64,000 bases of DNA, from positions 6,979 to 70,978 of the forward strand of contig JALVJV010000010.1 in the NCBI GenBank assembly GCA_027028145.1, written 5' to 3'. Positions 1-7,459 of this stretch are shown piece after piece. The first letter of the stretch is position 1, and each line of letters starts with the position of its first letter. The notes below the pieces were generated by a model. The model saw only the letters and a program-made list of their open reading frames with translations. It searched no databases and had not been told where the DNA came from. A program made the position numbers and the translations under genes. The stretch comes from Archaeoglobaceae archaeon. Its GTDB lineage: Archaea; Halobacteriota; Archaeoglobi; Archaeoglobales; Archaeoglobaceae.

Positions 1-590
1 CTCTTTTCATTCACCAATTCGTTATACTCCTTCTGAAGATCCTTAGACAGTTTGTAAGCTTCAACTTCAAGCTCTGTATATGGTTTTGATTTTATTTCCG
101 TTTTCAGTCTGCCTAAAACAACATCTGGTGGTGGAACTGATATATCGTCCTGCCTTCTACTTGCTGCAACCCTTAAACCTGCATCTCCACATATTAATCC
201 TGAGATTCTTCTGCTTCGATGTCTTGAGGATGTATCGTCATCATCGGGATTCCCTACGAAGTTAGAAGCAGCTACATGTAAACCCGCATCACTGAATATT
301 CCTACGCCGGAACTGCCGCCTGAACTTCTCGAAGAACTGCCTCCAGATTTACTACTTGATGAACGAGCATTTACAGCCGCAACGTGTAAACCAGCATCGC
401 TAAATCCACCAAGACCCGACGGAGCACCGCCAGATGGTTTTGATGTTGCATTTGCAGCGGCAACATGTAGTCCAGCGTCTGAGAATCCTCCAAGTCCGGA
501 TGGACTACTTGAGCTTGAAGGAGATGAACTTGATGATCTTGAAATCGAACTGTAATAACTCCTACTTGCAATTGTATCAATATTTACCAT
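1..590 (-). CDS. Partial CDS (first 196 codons; 3' end off-window): Ser/Gly-rich protein with four SDAGLHVAA-type repeats
   Basis: ATG at 590-588, with GGTGAT four nt upstream. I checked every codon down to position 3 and found no stop. It is absent from the ORF track because no stop lies in the window. Repeat units: GLGGFSDAGLHVAA twice, GVGIFSDAGLHVAA, SGLICGDAGLRVAA. Confidence 0.7.
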   Translation of the reverse strand, partial: MVNIDTIASRSYYSSISRSSSSSPSSSSSPSGLGGFSDAGLHVAAANATSKPSGGAPSGLGGFSDAGLHVAAVNARSSSSKSGGSSSRSSGGSSGVGIFSDAGLHVAASNFVGNPDDDDTSSRHRSRRISGLICGDAGLRVAASRRQDDISVPPPDVVLGRLKTEIKSKPYTELEVEAYKLSKDLQKEYNELVNEK

Positions 591-595
591 TTGAA

Positions 596-967
596 TCACC
601 CTTTACGGAATTTTTCAGCTGTAATAGCAAAATTGATCTCCTGCTTGCGGAAAGTCGGTAATTTTTCATAAAATTCCGTTTTTCTCAGCTTCTTTAGAGC
701 GTTGGTGTTAACTTCTCCGCTCTTTGTGAACGGTTTTTCACCGGTTAATTTCTCTATCTTTTTTGCATTCCTTTTCAACCATCTTTTCAACTCACCGGGA
801 CGTTTTATCGCCCTCTGAATCCATCTACGATTACTTTTCGATGTTCTTTCTTTTTTTGTGCTAGAAGGTTTATTTTTAGATCTTGATTTTCTTCCGCCTC
901 TTTTTCTTTCTACCCTCTTTTTTGTTTTTCTTCCTTTTCCTCTCCCTTTACTTTTTCCTCTTCCCAT
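596..967 (-). CDS. Very basic small protein (Lys/Arg/Gly-rich N-terminus), possible nucleic-acid-binding protein of the element
   Basis: 123-aa ORF starting MGRGKSKGRGKGRKTKKRVERKRGGRKSRSK. It abuts both neighbouring genes in the same train. Confidence 0.6.
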   Translation of the reverse strand: MGRGKSKGRGKGRKTKKRVERKRGGRKSRSKNKPSSTKKERTSKSNRRWIQRAIKRPGELKRWLKRNAKKIEKLTGEKPFTKSGEVNTNALKKLRKTEFYEKLPTFRKQEINFAITAEKFRKG

Positions 968-1216
968 TTAACCACCCCACATCAAAATTTTAGTGAATAA
1001 AACAAAGAGAGCAAGTTCGAACCAACATCTTAACGCCAAATCCTTCGTTTTCTCGAACTTCCAAAACTTTAGAAATGCCTCAACATCATCTATTCCTTCC
1101 TTCCGGCAAGTCTCCTCAAATTTCCTAAACTTAAATGCCAAGTTAACTCCAAGCACAAACCACACTCCAAGCACAAATATTCCCAAAAATAACGCTAAAT
1201 CACCCTGAATCTTCAT
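968..1216 (-). CDS. Small two-TM membrane protein (element)
   Basis: ORF 968-1261. The internal Met (MKIQGDLALFLGIFVLGVWFVLGV) at 1216 gives a short overlap with the upstream gene stop at 1200, so I prefer it. Two hydrophobic segments. Confidence 0.5.
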   Translation of the reverse strand: MKIQGDLALFLGIFVLGVWFVLGVNLAFKFRKFEETCRKEGIDDVEAFLKFWKFEKTKDLALRCWFELALFVLFTKILMWGG

Positions 1217-2147
1217 TTTTAGACTCCTCCTTCCTAAAGAATATTTGCATAAATTTCTCAAAATAAATATCAGGAACTCCGATTGGAAAGCCGATATCTA
1301 CCCAGACAAAAGTATCTCCTTTTTTCAAACCGTATTTCTCAGCTAATTTCTTAGGGAATCCAACAGCTTTAGCATATGTATTCTGACTGTGGCAATAATA
1401 GTTTGGATATATATTAAGTGGATGGGTAACATTGTCTGCGGGTATATATACTTCTTTATTATTAGATGATTGATCTATATCAATCTCTTCCTTGGCATCT
1501 CCCCACATTTTGAGTAATGTTTTAGCTTTCCATTCAAGCGCATTCCAACGTTTTTCTTCATATTTTTTATATATTTCATCTGGTATCCAAACATTAAATA
1601 CTTCTATATGATCTTTTTTAACAAATTGTTTAAATAATGGGTTAGTTTTAACTTTGTAGATTTTAGCAGAGCAACGATCTTCATCTATTGGTTCTACCGC
1701 TATTCTAAAGTTTACTTGTTTAAACACACTCTTAACTAAATCATCTATCGGAGATGTGAATATACAACTCGCAGATATGCTTCGTATGGCATTATAAAAC
1801 TCATACAATGCAACCAATGCTCTTCTTTCTTGACCCTTTGACATACTGTATGTTAAACCACTAAACCACATGCCTATGTCATCGCAGGTAAAAACTGGAA
1901 CTCTCTTTCTTCTTTTCACTGAATCAACAATGAAGCTTATTGTCGTGCTAGGATCAACAAATAAATAATTTAATGCCTTATCCCAATCACCGTAAATCTG
2001 TTTCATTATTTTTAATGCGAAAACGGTTTTTCCGGTGCCTTTCCCAGCTTCGGGACTGTAAATATAAAAATCTACAAACCTTTTTGCCCCTTTTGGATTT
2101 TGGTAAGCATATTTGATCATATCGACAACAGTCTTAATTACAGTCAT
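1200..2147 (-). CDS. P-loop NTPase of the element (packaging or transfer ATPase candidate)
   Basis: Walker A SPEAGKGTGKTV near the N-terminus and a Walker B-like VPVFTCDDIG. 315 aa. The C-terminal tail (KKLAEKYGLKKGDTFVWVDIG) looks AbrB-like. Confidence 0.7.
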   Translation of the reverse strand: MTVIKTVVDMIKYAYQNPKGAKRFVDFYIYSPEAGKGTGKTVFALKIMKQIYGDWDKALNYLFVDPSTTISFIVDSVKRRKRVPVFTCDDIGMWFSGLTYSMSKGQERRALVALYEFYNAIRSISASCIFTSPIDDLVKSVFKQVNFRIAVEPIDEDRCSAKIYKVKTNPLFKQFVKKDHIEVFNVWIPDEIYKKYEEKRWNALEWKAKTLLKMWGDAKEEIDIDQSSNNKEVYIPADNVTHPLNIYPNYYCHSQNTYAKAVGFPKKLAEKYGLKKGDTFVWVDIGFPIGVPDIYFEKFMQIFFRKEESKNEDSG

Positions 2148-2530
2148 TTTTCATCTTCCCCCCAGTAATACACGGGCATATCTATTCTCGAAATGTAACC
2201 TTCCTCAATCAAATCAGGCAAAATCTTAGAATAGTATAGATCATTCATCTTATTCTCCAACTCTACTGCCTCATCAAGCAACTCAGAATACTTGCAGACT
2301 ATCGCCTTTTTTAGCAAGTCTTTAAGTTCGCCTTCGTTTATGTATTCCTTCCTAACATAATCTGATCCGAAAATGAACTTACATAGGCTTATTATTTCGT
2401 TCAAGCAACTCGCCTTGTAAACCAATCCTGCAAAAAATGGTAAATTCTTAGAGATTATGCTAAATTTAAAGTCCAACTGCTCGAACTTCTCTCCGAATAC
2501 TTGTTTTACATCCTGCTCCAACCGATTCAC
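2144..2530 (-). CDS. Hypothetical protein (element)
   Basis: 128-aa ORF with 4-nt overlaps to both neighbours. No motif recognised. Confidence 0.5.
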   Translation of the reverse strand: MNRLEQDVKQVFGEKFEQLDFKFSIISKNLPFFAGLVYKASCLNEIISLCKFIFGSDYVRKEYINEGELKDLLKKAIVCKYSELLDEAVELENKMNDLYYSKILPDLIEEGYISRIDMPVYYWGEDEK

Positions 2531-3327
2531 TTAATCATCCCTCCCAGAAGCTTAATCAGAGTATTTACCTGAGTTTGCACCGTATGAACTGCCTGCGTTA
2601 TCTTACTGATGTAAACGAAGTTGATCAGCCCAAATACGCTCGCAAGAATGCTTATCACTACACAAACGAGCATCAGAATTTGCAGCATCCTAAAGAACTT
2701 CTGAGTGCCTATTGTTGCACCCATTAGCATAGTCTCCGTTAGTAATTGACCCATTGTGACGTCGTCAACAACCCTCAGAGTTCCAAAGCCATCTACACCA
2801 ACTCCTTTAACCTCGTTAAAGCTTACAGTCTTCGGAACACCCTCAATTATAACGTAAACCGGTATTTTCTTCTTTCCGAGTAAACCCTTCTTAGTTAAGA
2901 AATAGACGTCATTCCCATTCCCATCTATCGTTATTGTTTTATTTACAAGAGCTACTCCCTTCGCAATTAGTTTAGGTCTTTGCACACTTTCTCCTTTCTC
3001 GTTCTTTTCTTCCATTAGAACTTCATTAATTTCAATGTATTTACTCAAAGCTTTCACGAATTTGTCGAAAGGAAGAATATCCATGCCATAAGCATTGCAG
3101 AAATCAAAATAGCGTTGATAAATTTGCTCGACCGGAATATTTCCGTTACCTCTTTCTAAATTAGCTTGAAGGAATATTTCTAAGCTATTGTTCATTCTGG
3201 CTGTTCTCAGATATCCTCTTCCATCTTCGGCAATTATTACATTATCTTTTAGCTTGATTCCTTTTTTCGTGTATATTTGACCGTTCCCAATCACTAGCAA
3301 CTCTACTTTTTCCCCTTTAATTTTCAT
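2527..3327 (-). CDS. Hypothetical protein with C-terminal membrane anchor (element)
   Basis: 266-aa ORF with a hydrophobic stretch MLQILMLVCVVISILASVFGLINFVYI near the C-terminus. Confidence 0.55.
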   Translation of the reverse strand: MKIKGEKVELLVIGNGQIYTKKGIKLKDNVIIAEDGRGYLRTARMNNSLEIFLQANLERGNGNIPVEQIYQRYFDFCNAYGMDILPFDKFVKALSKYIEINEVLMEEKNEKGESVQRPKLIAKGVALVNKTITIDGNGNDVYFLTKKGLLGKKKIPVYVIIEGVPKTVSFNEVKGVGVDGFGTLRVVDDVTMGQLLTETMLMGATIGTQKFFRMLQILMLVCVVISILASVFGLINFVYISKITQAVHTVQTQVNTLIKLLGGMIK

Positions 3328-3331
3328 ATAA

Positions 3332-3745
3332 TCACCTCTTCTTCATAACCTTCTCGACTACTCCTTTTACAGAACCTACTATGTCGTCCTGCTGAACATC
3401 AGCAGGATAATTGAATGCGCGAGTAGCCCAAGCATAATTTGTAACCATAGCGGCAAAATTACCCATACCAAGCGTTGTAATGCTGTAAGCGCTAAGCACA
3501 TCTCTAACGACCTGCGCAGAATGATAAAAGCCCAAATTCTTTAGAAGGGCTACGACAATTGACTCTCTTCTGATAAAATTAACTCCTTCTTTACTAAGGA
3601 ACGCCCTTGTGATATCTGATGTTACTAAATCCGTTTCCGGTTTGTAGTATTTTTCTTGGAATTGGATGTGACTTACAGCATAATTAAGACTTAGAGGCTC
3701 AACCGAGCTTGTAACCTGATTTGTCACCGCTACCACCTCCAGCAA
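3332..3745 (-). CDS. Hypothetical protein (element); start uncertain
   Basis: 137-aa ORF. The annotated start overlaps the upstream gene by 47 nt, so the true start may lie downstream. Confidence 0.45.
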   Translation of the reverse strand: MLEVVAVTNQVTSSVEPLSLNYAVSHIQFQEKYYKPETDLVTSDITRAFLSKEGVNFIRRESIVVALLKNLGFYHSAQVVRDVLSAYSITTLGMGNFAAMVTNYAWATRAFNYPADVQQDDIVGSVKGVVEKVMKKR

Positions 3746-4022
3746 ACAACAACCCTACGAGTCCTCCAAATATCAAACTAAGCGACGTTATCGTGTCCAA
3801 AGGAGGAGTTAGGACGTTTTCCTCATATGTAAGCCACTCAAAGCTTTGTGATGTGTTATTGTAAACCGCCTGAACATGCGTTATTGTTACTCCCTGCAAA
3901 CTAACCAATCCCGTTAGTATAAGCAATATTCCACCCAAAGCTGCGTAACCTAACGATCTAAATCCAAAAATAGTGAATATCACTCCCATTATTGTTAAAA
4001 AAATGAAAATCGTTAGTTCCAT
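3699..4022 (-). CDS. Small hydrophobic multi-TM protein (candidate virion or membrane structural protein)
   Basis: 107 aa, almost entirely hydrophobic helices (MELTIFIFLTIMGVIFTIFGF..., GGILLILTGLVSL..., LSLIFGGLVGLLFAGGG). Confidence 0.55.
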   Translation of the reverse strand: MELTIFIFLTIMGVIFTIFGFRSLGYAALGGILLILTGLVSLQGVTITHVQAVYNNTSQSFEWLTYEENVLTPPLDTITSLSLIFGGLVGLLFAGGGSGDKSGYKLG

Positions 4023-4026
4023 GCCT

Positions 4027-4383
4027 TCACCTCAGCAATGCAAGCAGTATGCTCACTGCGAAGATCACGGGTAGAACTCCAATAACTAGTGCGGTCATCG
4101 GATCGCTTACATTTACGCTGTTTATCGTGTTGATCATGATTGGCAGCGCAACTCCGACTCCAAGTATTACCATTACAATTATGCCTTTAATCCAATCGAG
4201 CATGTTCACAGTTCCTTTAGTATCCTTGCAAAATGCTATCCAACTCTCCATTGTTGGCTTCAAACCCTTTTCAGCACACCATGCCATGAATTTAGGTGCA
4301 CTCTCCTTCGCCTTTTTGTATAATTCAACTCCCAGTGCTATTGCAAGTCCTATTATTATCCCAGCAATAATAATTTCAACCAA
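4027..4383 (-). CDS. Small hydrophobic multi-TM protein (candidate virion or membrane structural protein)
   Basis: 118 aa with N- and C-terminal TM helices. First gene of the long minus-strand operon. The antisense ORF 4049-4405 is its mirror image. Confidence 0.55.
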   Translation of the reverse strand: MVEIIIAGIIIGLAIALGVELYKKAKESAPKFMAWCAEKGLKPTMESWIAFCKDTKGTVNMLDWIKGIIVMVILGVGVALPIMINTINSVNVSDPMTALVIGVLPVIFAVSILLALLR

Positions 4384-4446
4384 CCCAATTTCACCTCCTT
4401 ACTAACTACAAACAATTATAATGTTTGATGAATATACTATATATTA

Positions 4447-4506
4447 TTCGGATACGATATCAAAACCGGTGGCAGTATTGATACCGAAATCTATATCGTA
4501 ACCGAA
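4447..4506. repeat. Inverted repeat in the element's intergenic control region
   Basis: TTCGGATACGATAT (4447-4460) and ATATCGTAACCGAA (4493-4506) are reverse complements at 13 of 14 positions. They lie between divergent gene starts at 4383 (-) and 4522 (+). Confidence 0.6.
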
Positions 4507-4521
4507 TGACATATTGCAGTA

Positions 4522-4701
4522 ATGCCAAAACATAGGTATATGAAGGAAGGGGATGTTGAGGGGAAAATAAGATTCAAACGCAGTTTGGTGAAATGTAAAG
4601 ATCGTTGCACAATAAATTTGCCCAAATTCGTTAGAAAAATGGGTGATGAGTGTTGGGTAACCATAGATACGATTGAAAAAAGAATTATAATCGAATTCTA
4701 A
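4522..4701 (+). CDS. Small ORF (59 aa), possible AbrB/SpoVT-like regulator of the element
   Basis: ATG 4522, TAA 4699-4701. Sequence MPKHRYMKEGDVEGKIRFKRSLVKCKDRCTINLPKFVRKMGDECWVTIDTIEKRIIIEF; the INLPKFVRKMGD...V.I....RIIIE pattern resembles looped-hinge-helix proteins. It is below the ORF-track length cutoff and is the only plus-strand gene in the element. Confidence 0.35.
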   Translation: MPKHRYMKEGDVEGKIRFKRSLVKCKDRCTINLPKFVRKMGDECWVTIDTIEKRIIIEF

Positions 4702-4933
4702 CGTAGATTTGGTTAATCTCCTCCCAGTTCTCGTCGAGAATTGTTATTTTACAACTCCTTTTATCGTCGTGGATAATTTTATACGACCTCTTTCCGAAGA
4801 TATTTTTCCTGTAAGCTCTTAAAATCCCCACTTCACCGCATTTCGGACACTTCACTATTATCGTGCTTCTCTTTGATCTTGCGTTAAGAACTTTAACGAG
4901 CATCTTCATCAACCTCAAACCCAAGAAAAGCAA
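4685..4933 (-). CDS. Small Zn-ribbon protein (element)
   Basis: CPKCGE ... a single distal C. 82-aa ORF; the true start may be an internal Met (4909 or 4903). Confidence 0.5.
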   Translation of the reverse strand: MLFLGLRLMKMLVKVLNARSKRSTIIVKCPKCGEVGILRAYRKNIFGKRSYKIIHDDKRSCKITILDENWEEINQIYVRIRL

Positions 4934-5120
4934 ATTCGGACTCGTAAGGACATTTCGTGCATTTAAGCTTAAAAACTAGACCCTCGATTTCTTCCCCATC
5001 GATAACCTTAGTTCCGGCATCAATCAATATGATGAGATTCCCTCCGCAACCTCTATGAATCCACTCCCCGTAAAAATCCTTTCCATCATACTGTATTGTA
5101 TCCACTCTCCCTTCGTTCAT
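4893..5120 (-). CDS. Small Cys-rich (Zn-binding) protein (element)
   Basis: HRGCGG ... CTKCPYE. 75 aa, 4-nt overlap with the integrase stop. Confidence 0.5.
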   Translation of the reverse strand: MNEGRVDTIQYDGKDFYGEWIHRGCGGNLIILIDAGTKVIDGEEIEGLVFKLKCTKCPYESEFAFLGFEVDEDAR

Positions 5121-6001
5121 TCTAATTCCTCCAAAAGAGGAAATTTCTCCACAACTCTACTATACCATTCATCCGCCTGCTTAGTCTTAGCCAAATAATG
5201 AGAAGAACCGACCGTAACGCTTGCCCTACCCTGTATAAAATCCGCCACCGATTCCGGAACTCCGTTTAAGATTAAGAAGTTGTAATTCCACTTTCTGATT
5301 GTGTTGGCTGAAACTCTGCTGTGCTTGACCTTCTCCTCGAAATAGTCATAATTTCTGCTTACTTTTTTCAATTCAAGCCAAGAAGGATAGTAAAGCCAAA
5401 ATGCTTTTTTCTTACCTTTGCTAACGAAACCTACCGGATACCTGCAAACCTTCTCGTTCACCTTGACGACATTAGCGAGATCGAAGGATTGAAGAGCCTC
5501 CACAATATGCTTAAGTCTAAGTCCGCTGTAAACTAACAGTAAAAAGATCAATTCAACTTCCTCGTCGTTTATTTTTCTGATGTGAGAATAATATGCTTCC
5601 TTCAGTTCCTCATCGCTGATGAATATCTCCCTCTGCTTATACTTCTTGATGAACGTCTTTTTTCTCCAACGCTCAAGAGGAACGCCGTTTATCGCCGTTA
5701 GTCCTTTTTCTTCCTCCAAGAAGGTAAAGAAGTTCCTTAATCCCTTTGCGAACTTGTCCCCTTTGACGTTTAAAATCAGTTCTTCAAGCTCATCTGGATA
5801 GAAAATGTCACTTATGTTTCTATCGATTGCAGAAATGTAGTCCCTAACTGTGCTTTCGCTTAGTTCTCCTTTCCTAACCTTTTTCTCTAAGAATTTTATA
5901 AATGTCTTTCGATGCTTATTATAGAGTTCCTTTAGTGAGGTCTTTTGTAAGCCCTGACGAGGCGAAGGTCCCCGGTTCGAATCCGGGCGAGCCCACTTCA
6001 A
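5117..6001 (-). CDS. int: Tyrosine recombinase, SSV-type integrase C-terminal (catalytic) part; ORF opens inside the att/tRNA fragment
   Basis: C-terminal ANTIRKW ... GRASVTVGSSHYLAKT fits the HxxR...Y catalytic region. The first codons (TTG, then KWARPDSNRGPSPRQG) are the antisense of a tRNA T-arm and acceptor. There is no in-frame ATG near the 5' end. Confidence 0.8.
   Translation of the reverse strand: MKWARPDSNRGPSPRQGLQKTSLKELYNKHRKTFIKFLEKKVRKGELSESTVRDYISAIDRNISDIFYPDELEELILNVKGDKFAKGLRNFFTFLEEEKGLTAINGVPLERWRKKTFIKKYKQREIFISDEELKEAYYSHIRKINDEEVELIFLLLVYSGLRLKHIVEALQSFDLANVVKVNEKVCRYPVGFVSKGKKKAFWLYYPSWLELKKVSRNYDYFEEKVKHSRVSANTIRKWNYNFLILNGVPESVADFIQGRASVTVGSSHYLAKTKQADEWYSRVVEKFPLLEELE
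5951..5995 (+). other. tRNA 3'-portion fragment (T-arm, acceptor 3' strand and discriminator A) = probable att site
   Basis: CCCGG TTCGAAT CCGGG CGAGCCC A, preceded by a variable-region-like segment. No matching 5' half is present, so this is not a complete tRNA gene. Confidence 0.75.
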
Positions 6002-6128
6002 ATTCTTCTCATATACCGCTACGAGTTCAATAACTTCAGAAGATGATGGTTGAGATGTATGCTACAGACACACCTTGAAAATATTAAAATAATCATCTAA
6101 CGCTCATAAATAGGCTAAGGTGAGATAA

Positions 6129-7448
6129 TTGAGCAACGCTGATGCATTTTATCCTCGAAAATTACTTACCCTCGAAATACTTAGAAGGAAAGACGATGAA
6201 GAGATATCCGAGGTAATTTCAAATCTGGAAAGCCCACTTAAACTTGCTTTAATCCTAATTGACGCTATTTTTTACGAGAATGGAGAACATCTAAAAGATT
6301 GGTCGAACACACTCGATGAAACAAAAAAAGTGGCATTCGGATTAGGTAGCGCAGAAAGATTGTTTATCGAGTTCTCCGATAAGTTAGCAAGATATGGTTT
6401 TTATCAATTTGCATTCCAGCAGTTCGTTCAGAGCTCCTTTAGAGCGAGACAGGGAAAAGCACTTGAAGAAATACTGAAAAAAATTTTGGCAATAGAAGAA
6501 ATGAGAATAACCCCAAGAATTCCGTCTTCAAAAAATGAAAAAATAGAGATTCTCAAAAATACACTTGGATCAAAATATAAGGCTAGGAACGTTATAGATA
6601 AACACGATATAGATATTTTAGCAGAGGTGAATGACAAAGTTGTTATATTACAAATTAGATCGAGAGATGACACTGGTGGCGCTACAGCAAAACCATCACT
6701 CGCCGAATTGTTAAGAAAGCTAAAAGATGAAGAGCTCTTAAGAGATGTTCTATACGTGATATTTATCTGGGTAAAACCAAATACAGAGCCACAGCAGAAA
6801 GTTACTCTTATAAATAAGCTTTTGTCAATGATAGATTTAGAAGATAAACCAGAAATAAAGGAGAAACTCAAGCAGAGTGGAGTTGCGCAGATAAAAGAAA
6901 AATTAAAAGTATGTATTGTCTACGGTGCAGAAGAGCTCATTAAAACTCTGTGGAGCGAATTAGGGGTGGAAGTTGATGAAAAATATAAAGATGTATTTGA
7001 GAAATATAAGAGATATTTGGAATTACTTTCGGCTTGGGACGATCTGTGGCTCGCATATGCAGTTGCAACATTTGAACTTGAAAATCTCGTTAAGTATGGG
7101 AAAACGAACATGAGTGTTTTATCTGATAAGTTACATAATACAAATTTTGATGAATATTTGAAGTCGTCTAAATGCTTGGAGAAGTATGAAGAGTGTAGTG
7201 CTGAAATTTCAAAAGAGATATCACCTATGATAAAGGACGAGGAGGACATAATTCCTTTCAATTCAGTTGGAGACAAGATGAATTACATAAGAGACATAAT
7301 CTTGCTGAGGATCGTCTATGAGCACATAGAAGAAATAGCGGATAGTATTGGAATCGATAATACTACTCGAAAACAAATTAGAAGATTACAACAAAAAGAA
7401 AAAAATAACCCAAAGCAAGCTGATATAACCCAATTCTTTCGAGATTAA
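6129..7448 (+). CDS. Hypothetical protein, candidate restriction endonuclease partner of the adjacent methyltransferase
   Basis: 439 aa, TTG start, 11 nt upstream of the MTase gene. A possible PD-(D/E)xK-like core is HDIDILAEVNDKVVILQIRSRDD. The call rests mainly on adjacency. Confidence 0.4.
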   Translation: MSNADAFYPRKLLTLEILRRKDDEEISEVISNLESPLKLALILIDAIFYENGEHLKDWSNTLDETKKVAFGLGSAERLFIEFSDKLARYGFYQFAFQQFVQSSFRARQGKALEEILKKILAIEEMRITPRIPSSKNEKIEILKNTLGSKYKARNVIDKHDIDILAEVNDKVVILQIRSRDDTGGATAKPSLAELLRKLKDEELLRDVLYVIFIWVKPNTEPQQKVTLINKLLSMIDLEDKPEIKEKLKQSGVAQIKEKLKVCIVYGAEELIKTLWSELGVEVDEKYKDVFEKYKRYLELLSAWDDLWLAYAVATFELENLVKYGKTNMSVLSDKLHNTNFDEYLKSSKCLEKYEECSAEISKEISPMIKDEEDIIPFNSVGDKMNYIRDIILLRIVYEHIEEIADSIGIDNTTRKQIRRLQQKEKNNPKQADITQFFRD

Positions 7449-7459
7449 GAGGTGATCAA

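Larger units (their letters stand above)
1..6001 (-). mobile_element. Right-hand portion of an integrated virus- or plasmid-like element (continues past the left window edge), ending at a tRNA-derived att site
   Basis: Uninterrupted minus-strand gene train with 4-nt overlaps (2144/2147, 2527/2530, 5117/5120). Contents: small hydrophobic proteins, a P-loop NTPase, a very basic protein, Zn-ribbon proteins and a tyrosine recombinase. The recombinase 5' end is the antisense of a tRNA 3' fragment (5951-5995). No housekeeping-like genes. Confidence 0.7.

Noticed and set aside
80-661. Track ORFs 80-265 (+), 371-580 (-) and 434-661 (+)
   Set aside because: They are alternative-frame artefacts of the real minus-strand repeat-protein gene (1-590) and the neighbouring basic-protein gene.
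6428-7276. Minus-strand ORFs 6428-6871 and 6920-7276
   Set aside because: They are Ser/Phe/Leu-rich antisense shadows of the AT-rich 6129-7448 gene, which is translationally coupled to the methyltransferase.
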